Positions 50,648 through 62,899 of a DNA stretch of 64,000 nucleotides are shown piece after piece (positions within the stretch are counted from its first letter, which is position 1; each line of letters begins with the position of its first letter). Source of the DNA: Meiothermus sp. (lineage in GTDB: Bacteria; Deinococcota; Deinococci; Deinococcales; Thermaceae). The stretch covers positions 14,276-78,275 of the forward strand of contig JANRLD010000075.1 of the NCBI GenBank assembly GCA_033762915.1, written 5' to 3'. The notes below the pieces were generated by a model that did not search any database, was not told the DNA's origin, and saw nothing but the letters and a program-made list of their open reading frames with translations. Position numbers and translations under genes: made by a program.

Positions 50648-51667
50648 ATGAGCGTAATCTGGTTTCTGCTGATCATCGCTGTCTCCATCTTCATTCACGA
50701 GCTGGGCCACTACCTGGCCGCCCGCTGGCAGGGGGTCGGGGTGAAGAACTTTGCGGTGGGGTTCGGCCCCACGCTGATTAAGTTCGACCGCTGGGGCACC
50801 ACCTGGCGGCTCAACGCCATCCCGCTGGGCGGCTATGCCGAGATCGACGGGATGATGCCAGAGGACCAGCACGGATACTCGCGGCTAGGCGGCTTTGGAA
50901 AGTTCCTCATCCTGGTTGGGGGGGTGGTGATGAACCTGCTGTTGGCCTGGGGAATTCTGGGCCTAGCTGCCGCCACCCAGGGCATCCCCGAGGCCGACAA
51001 CACGCGGGCTCAGATCTCGAGGGTCGTTCCTGGCAGCCTGGCCGAGCGTTCGGGCTTCCAGAGCGGCGACCGCATCGTAAGCCTCGACGGCCAGCCGCTT
51101 GCGAGCTTCCAGGACGTGGCCAAGTTCCGCGAGAGCACCGGGGAGAAGGTCTTTGGGCTCGAGCGGGACGGCCAGACCCGCGAGATTCGCGTCAACTGGG
51201 ACGGCACCCAGCGCCAACTGGGCATTCAGTACGGCCCGGTGGTGGTCTACAACCGTGTCAACTTCTTCCAGGGCTTCGCCAACGCCGTCACCAACACCTT
51301 CGCCCTGCTGCCCCGCATCTACGGCGAGATCGTGGGCGGATTGGCCCGGCTATTCAGCGGTCAGCAAGTCGAAGGCCTGGCGGGGCCGGTGGGAATAGTG
51401 AATGCCAGCGGACAGGCTGCCCAGCAAGGGGCCTACGCGCTGCTGCTCCTGCTCGCCAACATCAACCTCTCACTGGCCCTCTTCAACCTGCTTCCCATTC
51501 CCGGCTTGGACGGTGGGCGCATCCTGGTGCTGGTCATCAACGCACTGACCGGCGGGCGCATCAAGCCTGATATGGAGGCGCGACTGGCTTACGGCGGTTT
51601 CGTCTTCATGCTGCTGCTGATTGTGCTGGTGACGGTCAACGACATCCGTAACTTGAGCGGGGGGTAG
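50648..51667 (+). CDS. rseP: RseP-like M50 metalloprotease with PDZ domain
   Basis: HELGH, NLLPIPGLDGG; follows dxr. Confidence 0.92.
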   Translation: MSVIWFLLIIAVSIFIHELGHYLAARWQGVGVKNFAVGFGPTLIKFDRWGTTWRLNAIPLGGYAEIDGMMPEDQHGYSRLGGFGKFLILVGGVVMNLLLAWGILGLAAATQGIPEADNTRAQISRVVPGSLAERSGFQSGDRIVSLDGQPLASFQDVAKFRESTGEKVFGLERDGQTREIRVNWDGTQRQLGIQYGPVVVYNRVNFFQGFANAVTNTFALLPRIYGEIVGGLARLFSGQQVEGLAGPVGIVNASGQAAQQGAYALLLLLANINLSLALFNLLPIPGLDGGRILVLVINALTGGRIKPDMEARLAYGGFVFMLLLIVLVTVNDIRNLSGG

Positions 51668-51780
51668 GGGTCGGCCAAAGGGGGGCGTAACCGTTGGGAT
51701 TGCTTGTAACCTGCCCAAAAGGGCGTTACGCGTTTCCCCTACGTGACGGTGTGGCGAATTCCTGTACTATGTAAAACCAC

Positions 51781-52419
51781 ATGGATACCACCGTGTTGAT
51801 CCCTGCCTACAACGAGGCCGCGAACCTCGAGGCGGTGGTGGCTGCCGCGGTGAAGGCAGGGTTTCCGGTGGTGGTGGCCGACGACGGTTCCACGGATGAT
51901 ACGGCCCTCGTAGCCCAGCGGGCGGGGGCCAAGGTGATCCGGCTGCCGGAGAATCGCGGCAAGGGTGGGGCCATCGCCTACGGTCTGCAGCACGTCCAAA
52001 CGCCCTACCTGCTGCTGCTCGATGCGGACCTGGTGGGCATCCAGACCCGGCACCTGCTGGACATGCTCGAGCCCGTGCGTCAGGGTCGGCTCGAGATGGC
52101 CATAGGGGTCTTTAGGTCCGGCGGCTTCATGACCGACTTCGGCAACCGTGCCACCCCCTTCCTTTCCGGGCAGCGGGCCTGCCAGACCGAGTGGCTCAGG
52201 TCCGTCCCCAACCTCACCGACCACCGCTGGCCCGAGCCCCCCATTACCGACCACCTCGAGCGCACCAAGGCGCGGTGGGCATACGTAGAACTCCGGGGGG
52301 CCAGTCAGATCATGAAGGAACAGAAGCGCGGCTTTCTGAAGGGGCTGGCGTACCGCCTGAAGATGTACTACGAGTTGATCATGTATCGGTTTAGGCGGCA
52401 GACGGGCAAGAGCGGGTAA
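51781..52419 (+). CDS. GT2 glycosyltransferase
   Basis: IPAYNE, DDGSTD, GKGGA, DAD. Confidence 0.9.
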   Translation: MDTTVLIPAYNEAANLEAVVAAAVKAGFPVVVADDGSTDDTALVAQRAGAKVIRLPENRGKGGAIAYGLQHVQTPYLLLLDADLVGIQTRHLLDMLEPVRQGRLEMAIGVFRSGGFMTDFGNRATPFLSGQRACQTEWLRSVPNLTDHRWPEPPITDHLERTKARWAYVELRGASQIMKEQKRGFLKGLAYRLKMYYELIMYRFRRQTGKSG

Positions 52420-52524
52420 CGGTAGGCAAGGGCGGTATGCAGCATCCTAACGTGGTCGGCGCCTTGCCTCCTTTGGCGTCATTTGTCCTACTTTTCACAA
52501 CCCTCGAGTGCTTACAATAGACCC

Positions 52525-53667
<1,143 letters not shown>

Positions 53668-53920
53668 CGGGTAGCGTCCCAACTTTCCCGACCATCCTCT
53701 AGCTGTTGCCGTAGGGTGGCTGCTCGCCGTGTTCGGATCAGGGGCTCTTTGTTCCTCCGGTTTGCGGTGACTTGGCTCTGGGGCTCTGGTGTCCTTGGCG
53801 CTGGGCCTTCGAGGTTGAGCGCCTTATGGCGTTTCCCGCCAATACTCATCGTATTTCCCACCCATACTCCGCCCACGGTGCTGCGCAAAAGCGTGCGCTA
53901 AATCGTGCGCTAAATCGGGG

Positions 53921-53969
53921 TAGTGCACTCGGTACGGTAAAAACCGCCGTACCGAGTGTTCGTGGGAAC
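53921..53969. repeat. REP-like palindrome (inverted copy of 46838)
   Basis: CACTCGGTACGG..CCGTACCGAGTG. Confidence 0.75.
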
Positions 53970-53973
53970 TGCT

Positions 53974-55116
53974 CTACATCTCCTCACCGAACAGTCGCTC
54001 GTACTCCTCGAGGGCGTACCGATCGGTCATTCCGGCGATGTAGTCGCACACCGAGCGCTCCAAGCCCTCTTCCTCAAAGCTATGGCGCACGCCTGAGGGC
54101 AGCAAGTCGGGCGACTTACAGTAGATTTCGAAAAGTTTTACCAGCACCGCCTCGGTTTTGTCGCGCTGCTGCATGATGTAGGGGTGGCGGTAGAGGTTGG
54201 TGTAGAGGAACCGGCGCAGTTCTTGCAGCTTCTGGCCCAACTCGGGGGAGTATTGGGCTAGGGTGACGGGGTGCCTCCGGACGGCCTCGAGGCTTCCCAC
54301 CTTGTTGCGCTCAAGTAAGGCGTGGGTAGAGGTGATGGTATCGGTGATGATGAGGCCCAACAGCTCGCGTACCAGCGTCAGCCGCGAGACAGCGTCGAAG
54401 GAGTCCGGCTTCAGGCCAAGCTCGGCCATCAAGTCGCCCAGGAGCCCCACCTCCGCCAGCTGACCGGGCCGCAGCACGCTCGAGCGAAGGCCGTCGTCGA
54501 TGTCGTGGGCGTAGTAGGCGGTCTCATCGGCTAGGTTCACCACCTGGGCCTCGAGGCTGGGACGTTGGTCGGGGTCGTAGCCAGCTGCGTCGGCAGGATT
54601 GAACTTCGGCTCGTGCTTGACCATCCCCTCGAGGGACAGCCAGGTAAGGTTGAGGCCGCGAAACCCAGGGTAGCGCTGCTCGAGGTGGGTCACGATCCGC
54701 AGCGACTGCTTGTTGTGGTCGAAGCCCCCCTGATGGCGCATCAGCCTGTCCAGCACGCGCTCGCCGGAGTGTCCGAAGGGGGGGTGGCCCAGGTCGTGGG
54801 CGAAGGCCACGGTCTCGGAGAGTTCTTGGTGCAGCCCTAGCGCCCGCGCTACCGACCGAGCCACCTGGGCTACCTCGAGGGTGTGGGTCAGGCGGGTGCG
54901 GTAGTAGTCGCCCTCGTAGTTGACGAAGACCTGGGTCTTGTACTGCAGCCGCCGGAAGGCGGTGGTGTGGTTGATGCGGTCGCGGTCCTTCTGGAAGGCG
55001 GTGCGGAAGCGAGACTCGCCCTCCGGGTAGGCTCGGCCACCACTGTGGGCGCTGCGCGCCGCGTAGGGGGCCAGGTTGGCCTCGAGGGCCTCGAGCTGTT
55101 CGCGCTCGAAAAGCAT
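53974..55116 (-). CDS. dgt: dGTP triphosphohydrolase
   Basis: FRRLQYKTQV, RTRLTHTLEV, HDLGHPPFGHSGE, DYIAGMTD. Confidence 0.95.
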   Translation of the reverse strand: MLFEREQLEALEANLAPYAARSAHSGGRAYPEGESRFRTAFQKDRDRINHTTAFRRLQYKTQVFVNYEGDYYRTRLTHTLEVAQVARSVARALGLHQELSETVAFAHDLGHPPFGHSGERVLDRLMRHQGGFDHNKQSLRIVTHLEQRYPGFRGLNLTWLSLEGMVKHEPKFNPADAAGYDPDQRPSLEAQVVNLADETAYYAHDIDDGLRSSVLRPGQLAEVGLLGDLMAELGLKPDSFDAVSRLTLVRELLGLIITDTITSTHALLERNKVGSLEAVRRHPVTLAQYSPELGQKLQELRRFLYTNLYRHPYIMQQRDKTEAVLVKLFEIYCKSPDLLPSGVRHSFEEEGLERSVCDYIAGMTDRYALEEYERLFGEEM

Positions 55117-55291
55117 ACCCTAGTCTACGGTTAACTCAGTTTTAGGCGGTTTTTGGGCCGGAGTGTTCGGCCGGATGACTGCAAGTTCAGGCCGTCCGCC
55201 AAGCTGCCACCGACGGCAAGTCCTTAATCCGAGTCGCTGGCCCGCGGTCATATCTGCCTGTCTCGAGCAGTTCTTCTGCCAGACTGGAGCC

Positions 55292-55591
55292 ATGTGGCGC
55301 TATTCACTGGCCGGTCTGATCCTAATTCTCGCGGCCTGCATCCCCAACGCAGTGGGTGGCAATACCTTCACCCTCACCGTCGACAACAGCCGCTGTCAGG
55401 GCACCTACCGCATGCTCTACATCTACCGCAACAACGTGATCTTGGGGCAGGTCCAGGGCGAGCCGCGCCAGTTCTTGGGTGTCGCGGCGGGCAGTGCCGA
55501 CTTCAAGGCCGCCCCCACCATCGGCACCAGTGCCCCCATTCAGCGGGCCCTGCGGGTGGAGGGCAACATGACCTGGCGGGTCTGTGAATAA
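55292..55591 (+). CDS. Small lipoprotein
   Basis: Lipobox LAAC. Confidence 0.7.
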   Translation: MWRYSLAGLILILAACIPNAVGGNTFTLTVDNSRCQGTYRMLYIYRNNVILGQVQGEPRQFLGVAAGSADFKAAPTIGTSAPIQRALRVEGNMTWRVCE

Positions 55592-55668
55592 GGGAAGGAG
55601 CTGGGCGAGATGGGGCAAGGGTAAGCCTTGAGCCCAGGTTTTCCCCTTCTTTGTTTCCCTCTCACAAC

Positions 55669-56544
55669 TCAGGTGGCTTGACGCAAATTATCCAGCGACT
55701 CCCAGTCGCCGGGTTCCACGCCGTAGAGCAGGGCCAGGTAGTAGGCGGCCCAGGCCACCCGATACCAGTAGCACAGCGCCCTGGCCAGAGTACCCTCGGC
55801 CAGGGCATCGGGCAGCTCGATCAGGGTATCCACGCGGGAGTCGAGGATTTCGTGGGCGATGGACTTTCGCTCGTCGTCGCCGATTAGCACTGCCGCGATG
55901 GGGTCGCCCTGTTCGTGCCGGGCCTCGAGGGCGGTGAGGAAGAACTCAAGGGCTGAGGGGGGCGGGGTGAAAGACAGGCTCTTGCCGACCCTGGCCAGCG
56001 TCTGCTGCATGGCCTGGGCCAGGCCGGGGTAGCGGTCGGGGACGACCCACAGCGCCGTACGCTCGAGCAGGGAGTAGGCCATGAACTTGGCAGGGTTTTT
56101 CGACAGGCCCACTTCCGGGCGAAGGCGGTCGCGCTCGGCCAGCAGGGCGCGGTCTATTCGGGCCAGTTCGTCTTCATTGCCGGTGGCCAGCAGAAGAAAG
56201 CGGAGGTAGCGGTAGGCCGAAAGCGGGTGGGCATAGACCTCGACCTCGAGGTGCTCCCGGTAGCCCAGCCGGACGATTTCGGCCCCGCTGGCGGCGGCAT
56301 AGAGGGCCGAGGAGCCCAGTTCGTAGCCGCCCTCGAGGACGAACTGGGTGCCGCTGTGGGTGAACTCGGGGGCGAAGTCGCGGGCCAGCAGGGCCGGCCA
56401 CCAGCCCTCCCCAAAACCCACCACCCCGTACGGCCCGGCGTAGCTGGCCCTGGGCACCGGGCCACTCCCCACCAGGTCGCGCAGCTCGAAGGCCAGCCCC
56501 AGCCGGTCAGCCAGGTAGGTTTCCTGTGAGTCCAAATCCCGCAC
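55669..56544 (-). CDS. SIS-domain protein (phosphoglucose/phosphomannose isomerase-like)
   Basis: NPAKFMA and YYLALLYGVEP resemble the PGI/PMI C-terminus. Confidence 0.6.
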   Translation of the reverse strand: MRDLDSQETYLADRLGLAFELRDLVGSGPVPRASYAGPYGVVGFGEGWWPALLARDFAPEFTHSGTQFVLEGGYELGSSALYAAASGAEIVRLGYREHLEVEVYAHPLSAYRYLRFLLLATGNEDELARIDRALLAERDRLRPEVGLSKNPAKFMAYSLLERTALWVVPDRYPGLAQAMQQTLARVGKSLSFTPPPSALEFFLTALEARHEQGDPIAAVLIGDDERKSIAHEILDSRVDTLIELPDALAEGTLARALCYWYRVAWAAYYLALLYGVEPGDWESLDNLRQAT

Positions 56545-56925
56545 GGGTCTAGTTTAGGGCAAAGGGCAGGGTGAAATGGTCGATGTAGGGGTTGACAGCC
56601 TGCCGCTGTTGTTCCTCGACGGAGCTCGTAGGGTCCAGGACAGGGGAGACCGGGTGTGTTGGACGACCGGCACGCCTGACCTGCGGCGTTTGCTGTTGGA
56701 TTGCCCTGGGGCCAGCATCTTTCAACGGAACATTTTCCCCGGTCCAAGCAGTGCAGTTTAGAAAAATCTTGCCCAGTCCAGTGCTCCTGGTGCTTTGGCC
56801 TCGAGCGCACACATTTGCCGCTGTTTTCTAGCCACTAATGCCTAAGAAGTGTTTACCTCACTACTGCCGAGGATCGTGTCTCGAGGATCGACGTTCAAGC
56901 GCCCTGCTGGCCGTATGATTACCCC

Positions 56926-58404
56926 ATGCCAGAAGCCGAAACCCCCAAGCCTGAAGGCCCCAAATCTGTCCTGACCGACAACCTCTCCATCTCCCAGCAC
57001 TCGGTGCGGGTGGGCGGGAAAGAGATAACCTACACCGTCACCTGCGGGACCATGGTGCTGCGCGAAGAGGCCGAGAAGGAGGGGGCCTCGGAGGGGCACA
57101 AGGCCAGGGCCAGTGTCTTCTTCGTGGCCTACACCAAGCAGGATGTGCCCGACCGGGCGGCCCGACCCCTGACCTTTTCCTTCAACGGCGGGCCGGGCTC
57201 GAGTTCGGTCTGGCTCCACCTGGGCCTGCTCGGCCCACGGCGGGTGCAGATGGGCGATGAGACCGGCAACCCCACCCCGCCCCCCTACCGACTGGTCGAC
57301 AACGAGTACTCGCTGCTCGACGAGACCGACCTGGTTTTTATCGACCCGGTCAGCACTGGATTCAGTCGGGTGATCGAGGGCGAGAAGGCCAAGGACTACC
57401 ACGGCTTTAAGAAGGACATCGAGAGTGTGGGGGACTTTATCCGCCTCTACACCAGCCGCTACGCCCGCTGGACCAGCCCCAAGTTTCTGATCGGCGAGAG
57501 CTACGGCACCACGCGTGCGGCAGGGCTCTCGGGCTACCTCCAAGAGCGGCACGGGATGTTTTTGAACGGGATCATGCTGGTTTCCTCGATCCTACACTTC
57601 CAGACCGTGGACGCCGAGCCCGGCAACGACCTTCCGCACATTCTGTATCTGCCCACCTTCGCCGCGACCGCCTGGTACCACAAACGGCTCGGCCCGGCCA
57701 TGCAAAAGAAGCCGGTCCGCAAGTTCCTCGACGAGGTCGAGGCCTTCGCGGCGGGCGAGTATACGGTCGCGCTGATGAAGGGCTCGAGGCTGCCCGCCAG
57801 CGAGCGCGAGGCGATTGCCCGAAAGCTATCGAGCTACACCGGCCTCAGCCTGGACTACCTCGAGCGCACCAACCTACGTCCCGAGATCTTGCGGTTCACC
57901 AAGGAACTGCTGCGCGACCAGCGGCGCACCGTGGGTCGCCTGGACAGCCGCTTTACCGGCCACGACCGCGACGCGGCGGGGGAGACCTTCGAGTACGACC
58001 CCAGCTACGCCGCCATCCAGGGCCCCTACACCGCCACCCTCAACCAATATCTGCGGGAGGAGCTGGGCTTTGAGTCCGACCTGCCTTACGAGATTCTTGC
58101 GGGCCTCTACCAGAACTGGAGCTATAAGGAGTTCGAGAACTCCTACGTCAACGTCTCGGCAACCTTGAGAAAGGCCGTCAGCATGAACCCACACCTCAGG
58201 GTTTACGTCGGCAGCGGCTACTACGACATGGCCACCCCCTATTTCGCCACCGACTACACCATGAACCACCTGGGACTGGAGCCGCACCTCCAAGCCAACA
58301 TCCAGACCCACTACTACGAGTCCGGGCACATGTACTATGTCCACCTGCCCTCGCTGCAGCAAAGCAAGAAGGATCTGGCTGCCTTCCTACGCGCGGCGGT
58401 GTAG
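56926..58404 (+). CDS. Serine carboxypeptidase S10 family
   Basis: FNGGPGSSS, FIDPVSTGFS, GESYG, GHM. Confidence 0.94.
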   Translation: MPEAETPKPEGPKSVLTDNLSISQHSVRVGGKEITYTVTCGTMVLREEAEKEGASEGHKARASVFFVAYTKQDVPDRAARPLTFSFNGGPGSSSVWLHLGLLGPRRVQMGDETGNPTPPPYRLVDNEYSLLDETDLVFIDPVSTGFSRVIEGEKAKDYHGFKKDIESVGDFIRLYTSRYARWTSPKFLIGESYGTTRAAGLSGYLQERHGMFLNGIMLVSSILHFQTVDAEPGNDLPHILYLPTFAATAWYHKRLGPAMQKKPVRKFLDEVEAFAAGEYTVALMKGSRLPASEREAIARKLSSYTGLSLDYLERTNLRPEILRFTKELLRDQRRTVGRLDSRFTGHDRDAAGETFEYDPSYAAIQGPYTATLNQYLREELGFESDLPYEILAGLYQNWSYKEFENSYVNVSATLRKAVSMNPHLRVYVGSGYYDMATPYFATDYTMNHLGLEPHLQANIQTHYYESGHMYYVHLPSLQQSKKDLAAFLRAAV

Positions 58405-58464
58405 GCTCCGCAAAAGCGCGTGCCCCAACCCACCACGAACTGCAGAGTTGGGCGAACTCGAGAC

Positions 58465-58494
58465 AAAAAAACTCCCCCGATTCCGGGGGAGTTT
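58465..58494. terminator. Terminator between convergent genes
   Basis: A7-CTCCCCCG ATTC CGGGGGAG-TTT. Confidence 0.8.
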
Positions 58495-58510
58495 GATGCT
58501 TTGGTCTAGG

Positions 58511-60385
58511 TTACTTGATTTCCCTGGCAGCGGAAACCTTGCTGTAGTCGATGCTGGCCCGGGCACCCCTCGAGGCCCAGCCGATCTCCCAGGCGTTCCA
58601 GCCAATGTAACCGTTGCCGCCGGAGTAGGTGGCATTGACGTAGTTGACCAGGCCGGTGCGGATGACCAACGGGTTGGAGCGGTAGCGCAAGGGCAGGGCG
58701 GGAAGCTCCTCGGCCCAGATGGCCTGGGCGCGGGCCATCAGCTGCTTACGGCGCTCGGGGTCGAACTCGACGGCGGCCTGCGAGGTCACGCGGTCGAACT
58801 CATCGTTCTTCCAGAAGCCGATGTTCTGACCGGCGAAGTTGTTGGCGGCGGTGGGGATGTTGTCGGTGTTGGTGTTGAGGTCACGGCTCTGGAACAGCTG
58901 TCCGCGCTCGGCCAGGCTGTTCACCCAGGCGAACATGAACATCTGCCACTTGCCCTCAGACCCACGGTTAATGAAGGCCGAGTCGAAGACCACCGCGCTG
59001 GGGGCGTTGGAAACCTTAACCGCAATGCCGACCTGCCGCCACTGCTCGATGAAGAGCTGCTGGGTGCGCTCGCGGATGGAGTTGCCGGCGGTGGTGGTGA
59101 GCTCGAGCTCGAAGCGGACGCCGTTGCGGGTCAGGATGCCGTCGGAGCCGGGGCGCCAGCCCACGGCCGCCAGCAGCTGACGGGCGCGTTCGGGGTTGTA
59201 GGGGTACTTGGTGGCGGCGTCGGAGAACAGCGGGTTGGAGGGGGCCACGAAGGAGTGGGCCACCGGCTCGGCGCCCTGGAAGAAGCTCTGCACCCAGGCA
59301 TCGCGGTTCAGGGCCAGCAGCAGGGCCTGGCGGGTGCGGGGGTCGTCGAGGGTGAGCTGGCGGGTGCGCTCGACGTTGGGGAACTTGGCGATGTCGATGT
59401 GCTCCCAGATGGGGCCGGCCACGGCGTAGATGTTGAAGCGGCCGGGGGCGCGGCTGCGCAGCTGCGGGCTGAGGGCCTGGTCGAGGGTCAGGGCCACGGT
59501 CGAGGTGGCGTCAATCGAGCCGCCCAGAATGGCCACCAGCAGCGAGTTGGTGTTCTGGATGATGCGGTACTGCACGCGCTGGGCGTAGTTGGCCGCGCCG
59601 CCCGCCGGAACGATGGCGGTAAAGTTGGCGTTGCGGGCCATGTCGATGGTGTTGTTGGAGACCCAGCGGGTCACCCGGAAGGGCCCGCTGTACACCATCC
59701 GACCAGCGTTGATGGCCTGGTTAGAGCCGAACTGCTGGAAGAAACCGGTGAAGATTTCGGTCAGGCGCTGGGCGTTGGTCTTGGGGTCAAGGGTGCGGGC
59801 CTGGGCGGCGACCTGATTCCAGGCCTGGCGCATGATGTGGCTGGGCGCCATGAAGCCGCTGTCGCCGATGGTCACGGTGGTGTCGTAGTAGAAGGCCGGC
59901 TCGAGCACCAGGGTGAAGTTGCGGGCGTCACGCACCCGCACGTTGGCCCGGTCGAAGAAGTCGGGGTTGGGCAGGGGCATGCCGGGGGTCTTGGCCACCT
60001 CGAAGTAGAAGGCCACGTCGTCGGTGGTCAGGTTGTTGCCGTCTGACCACTTCAGGCCCTCTTTGAGGGTAACGTCGATCTCGGCCCGGCGCACGCCAGG
60101 GCGAACCTCGGTCACGCGGATGCGACGGTTGGCCACGGTGGGCACTTCGGTGGCCAGTACCGGGACCAGGTCGCTCTCGGTGTTGGTGGCGTAGAGCGGG
60201 GCGAAAAGGAACTTCTCCACCTCTACCTTGATGGACTGGCTCGAGATCACGCTCAGGAAGTCGCCGCCGATCAGGCGAGGCTCCTGCGAGGCCCCGATCA
60301 CCACGCTGTTGTCCGCCGGCCCTGCCAGCGCCGCGCCCACGGTCAGGGACAGACCGAGAGCCACAAGTTTGCTAAACTTCTTCAT
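58511..60385 (-). CDS. Peptide ABC transporter substrate-binding protein (family 5)
   Basis: Signal peptide, KWSDG..TTDDV, YNPERARQLL..GW. Confidence 0.93.
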   Translation of the reverse strand: MKKFSKLVALGLSLTVGAALAGPADNSVVIGASQEPRLIGGDFLSVISSQSIKVEVEKFLFAPLYATNTESDLVPVLATEVPTVANRRIRVTEVRPGVRRAEIDVTLKEGLKWSDGNNLTTDDVAFYFEVAKTPGMPLPNPDFFDRANVRVRDARNFTLVLEPAFYYDTTVTIGDSGFMAPSHIMRQAWNQVAAQARTLDPKTNAQRLTEIFTGFFQQFGSNQAINAGRMVYSGPFRVTRWVSNNTIDMARNANFTAIVPAGGAANYAQRVQYRIIQNTNSLLVAILGGSIDATSTVALTLDQALSPQLRSRAPGRFNIYAVAGPIWEHIDIAKFPNVERTRQLTLDDPRTRQALLLALNRDAWVQSFFQGAEPVAHSFVAPSNPLFSDAATKYPYNPERARQLLAAVGWRPGSDGILTRNGVRFELELTTTAGNSIRERTQQLFIEQWRQVGIAVKVSNAPSAVVFDSAFINRGSEGKWQMFMFAWVNSLAERGQLFQSRDLNTNTDNIPTAANNFAGQNIGFWKNDEFDRVTSQAAVEFDPERRKQLMARAQAIWAEELPALPLRYRSNPLVIRTGLVNYVNATYSGGNGYIGWNAWEIGWASRGARASIDYSKVSAAREIK

Positions 60386-60450
60386 CTAGCCTCCTCCGAA
60401 AACTGCGCCTAAGCACAGCCTTTTTGGCAATTGCATTTTTTGCCGCACCC

Positions 60451-60479
60451 ATTATAGTCATTTGACTTTGGGCGTCAAA
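60451..60479 (-). promoter_or_regulatory. Promoter TTGACG-16-TATAAT overlapped by palindrome TTTGAC-N7-GTCAAA
   Basis: Read directly, upstream of the SBP gene. Confidence 0.55.
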
Positions 60480-60552
60480 TACGTCGGACCTACGATTGTG
60501 GTGCGGATTAAGAATCGGACATCTAAAGTCCAGCACGCTAGTCCTGACCTCA

Positions 60553-60584
60553 GAAAAAAAACCATCCACCGAAAGGTGGATGGT
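60553..60584 (-). terminator. Intrinsic terminator after IscA-family gene
   Basis: AACCATCCACC GAAA GGTGGATGGTT with long A-run. Confidence 0.8.
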
Positions 60585-60606
60585 TGAGCCGGCCGAACGG
60601 TGGGTC

Positions 60607-60996
60607 TTAACTGCAGCAACCGCCGCTGCCCTCGCCGTCGGGGGCCTTACTTCCATCGGTGCGGAAGGAGTGGCCGCAGCCGCAGCTGCTGGTGGCCTGG
60701 GGGTTATTGACGCTGAAGCCGCCGCCCATCAGGTTCTCCACCCAGTCCACTTGGGAGCCGGCAAGCAGCGGAAGGGACATGCGGTCCACCACCAGCCGCA
60801 CCCCAAGCATCTCCACCACGGTGTCGCCCTCGAGCTGGCGCTCGTCCACGGCCATGCCGTATTGGTAGCCGCTGCACCCGCCGCTCTTGATGAATACGCG
60901 GATCGCGGCCTGGGGCTTGTTGTAGCGGGTCAGGATTTCCTGGGCACGCTCCGCCGCCAGTGGCGTGATTGTAAGTTCAGTCTGCTCTTGTACCAT
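60607..60996 (-). CDS. HesB/IscA family Fe-S assembly protein
   Basis: GGCSGYQY and CGCGHSF. Confidence 0.95.
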   Translation of the reverse strand: MVQEQTELTITPLAAERAQEILTRYNKPQAAIRVFIKSGGCSGYQYGMAVDERQLEGDTVVEMLGVRLVVDRMSLPLLAGSQVDWVENLMGGGFSVNNPQATSSCGCGHSFRTDGSKAPDGEGSGGCCS

Positions 60997-61290
60997 TGCC
61001 TTGCCTCCTTGCCCTAGGTTGGCTCGGTCTCTGACCGGAGGGTCAGACCGGGTGTATAAAGTAAACCAACTCCTTTAGAAAATATAGCATGGAATGACAG
61101 CAGGATGGTAAGCGGATGCACGGGGGATAGGCGGAGCGCAGGCCCGCGCCGGGGGCTGTGCTCGAGTTTCGAACCTTGGCTCCGCGCCTCTGCCGAACAA
61201 AACCCGACTCCACAGCCTGGCGCTGTAGGTCTAGAGCTTTCAACTTTCACTCCCATTTGCTGCTGTTTGGGCATGCTAAACTACGCCCTT

Positions 61291-62016
61291 GTGCAGGAGT
61301 CCACTGAGGCCAAGGCCAAGGCCATCCAACAGATGTTTTCCGAGATCGCTCCCCGCTACGATCTGCTAAACCGGGTGCTTTCGGCGGGGGTCGACCGAAG
61401 CTGGCGTACGTCCGCAGTCCGGGCGGCCCTCGAGCGTTCCCCCCGCCGGGTGCTCGACCTCGCCACCGGCACCGGCGACATCGCACTGCTGCTTAAGAAG
61501 GTCTCGCCCCAGACCGAGGTGGTGGGGGCCGATTTTGCGGCCCCAATGCTCGAGCTGGCCCGCCAGAAGGCCCAGCGGGCCGGGCTCGAAGTCCCCTTCG
61601 TCCAGGCCGACGCCCTAAAACTGCCCTTCCCCGACGGCGCTTTCGACGCCGTCACCATCTCCTTCGGGTTCCGCAACTTTGCTGATTACGAGAGGTCGCT
61701 GCGGGAGCTGCACCGGGTGCTGAGCAAGCGGGGGCGGCTGTGCATCCTCGAGTTCCCCCCTCCCCCCCGGGGCGGCCTGGGTGCCTTGTACCGCTTCTAC
61801 TTCACGCGGGTCTTGCCCCTGATCGGCGGAGTCATTTCCGGCAGCCGCTCGGCCTATCAGTACCTCCCCGAGTCGGTGTCCCGTTTCCCTAGCCCCGACG
61901 AGCTGGCCCACATGATGACTCGAGCCGGTTTTCACACCCAGTACCAGCTATTCACTGGCGGTATCGCCGCCCTGCATGTGGGCGACCGTACTGAACTGAT
62001 ACACACGCTGGTTTAG
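61291..62016 (+). CDS. menG: Demethylmenaquinone methyltransferase (MenG/UbiE)
   Basis: YDLLNRVLS.G.DRSWR, LDLATGTGD, FGFRN; start may be 61273. Confidence 0.9.
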   Translation: MQESTEAKAKAIQQMFSEIAPRYDLLNRVLSAGVDRSWRTSAVRAALERSPRRVLDLATGTGDIALLLKKVSPQTEVVGADFAAPMLELARQKAQRAGLEVPFVQADALKLPFPDGAFDAVTISFGFRNFADYERSLRELHRVLSKRGRLCILEFPPPPRGGLGALYRFYFTRVLPLIGGVISGSRSAYQYLPESVSRFPSPDELAHMMTRAGFHTQYQLFTGGIAALHVGDRTELIHTLV

Positions 62017-62275
62017 AGACGCTTCTGGGGCACCCGGGGGCCGGGCGACCCAAGCCTCTCTGGTGTTTGAACTCTGAACTCAGCCAGCGGATGCCCGATT
62101 AATGTCTCTCGACCACGACGCCTAAGGGTCTAAAGGTCAGCGCTGAGCGTGCCCCTTGGGACCACATGCGCAGTATCGGTGCCCTTGCATCCCTTGGTGG
62201 CGGTGGCGGCCCGTGTTAGGGTGTAGGCCGAGTGCCGAACCCTCCGTCCAGCCGCCCAGAACGTTTGATGACCCC

Positions 62276-62818
62276 ATGAAGACCACCTATAACCTCGAGG
62301 TAGACCCCCAGCGCCTGCTGTGGGAAGGCATGGAGCGGGGCGTGTTCCCAGACCTGGAGGGCCTCGAGCTGGCCCGGCAGTACGCCCAGGAGGCAGCCAA
62401 GGGCACCCCCCACGAGAATCCCATCGTGCGCCTGTGGCACAGCCAGGATGCACTGTTTTACGAGTTTAAGCAGTTCCCGGCGGCCTTCTACGGGCGGGTG
62501 GGCCTGGTTCAGGGCGAGTACCTCGGCGAGTCCCAGGCCAAGGAGGTAGTCTGGGAAGCTCTGGCCATCGCCGACAAGGAACTCGCCAACGTCACCGTGT
62601 TCTACACCGCCAACCTGATGGAGTCCGACCAGGACTTCTTTATGGCCTACACCCTGGGCGACAGCCGCATTGAACGGGGCGAGGCCCGCTACGCCCTCCC
62701 CCTGTTCATGCGCCTGCAAACCGAGCACGACCTGCGGATTCTGCTGCGCCTCGAAGGGGAGTACCTGTTTTTCCGACTGCCCAAAGGCCAGCCGGTGCTC
62801 GAGAGGTTACGGGCCTAA
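62276..62818 (+). CDS. Hypothetical protein
   Basis: GC3-rich ORF with protein-like composition. Confidence 0.7.
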   Translation: MKTTYNLEVDPQRLLWEGMERGVFPDLEGLELARQYAQEAAKGTPHENPIVRLWHSQDALFYEFKQFPAAFYGRVGLVQGEYLGESQAKEVVWEALAIADKELANVTVFYTANLMESDQDFFMAYTLGDSRIERGEARYALPLFMRLQTEHDLRILLRLEGEYLFFRLPKGQPVLERLRA

Positions 62819-62899
62819 CACCAAATCGGGGAGAATCGCGGGCCGCCAGTTGCAAGGCCGGATCGCAGAGGCCATTTACCTTCGGCCTGGTCTGCTAGC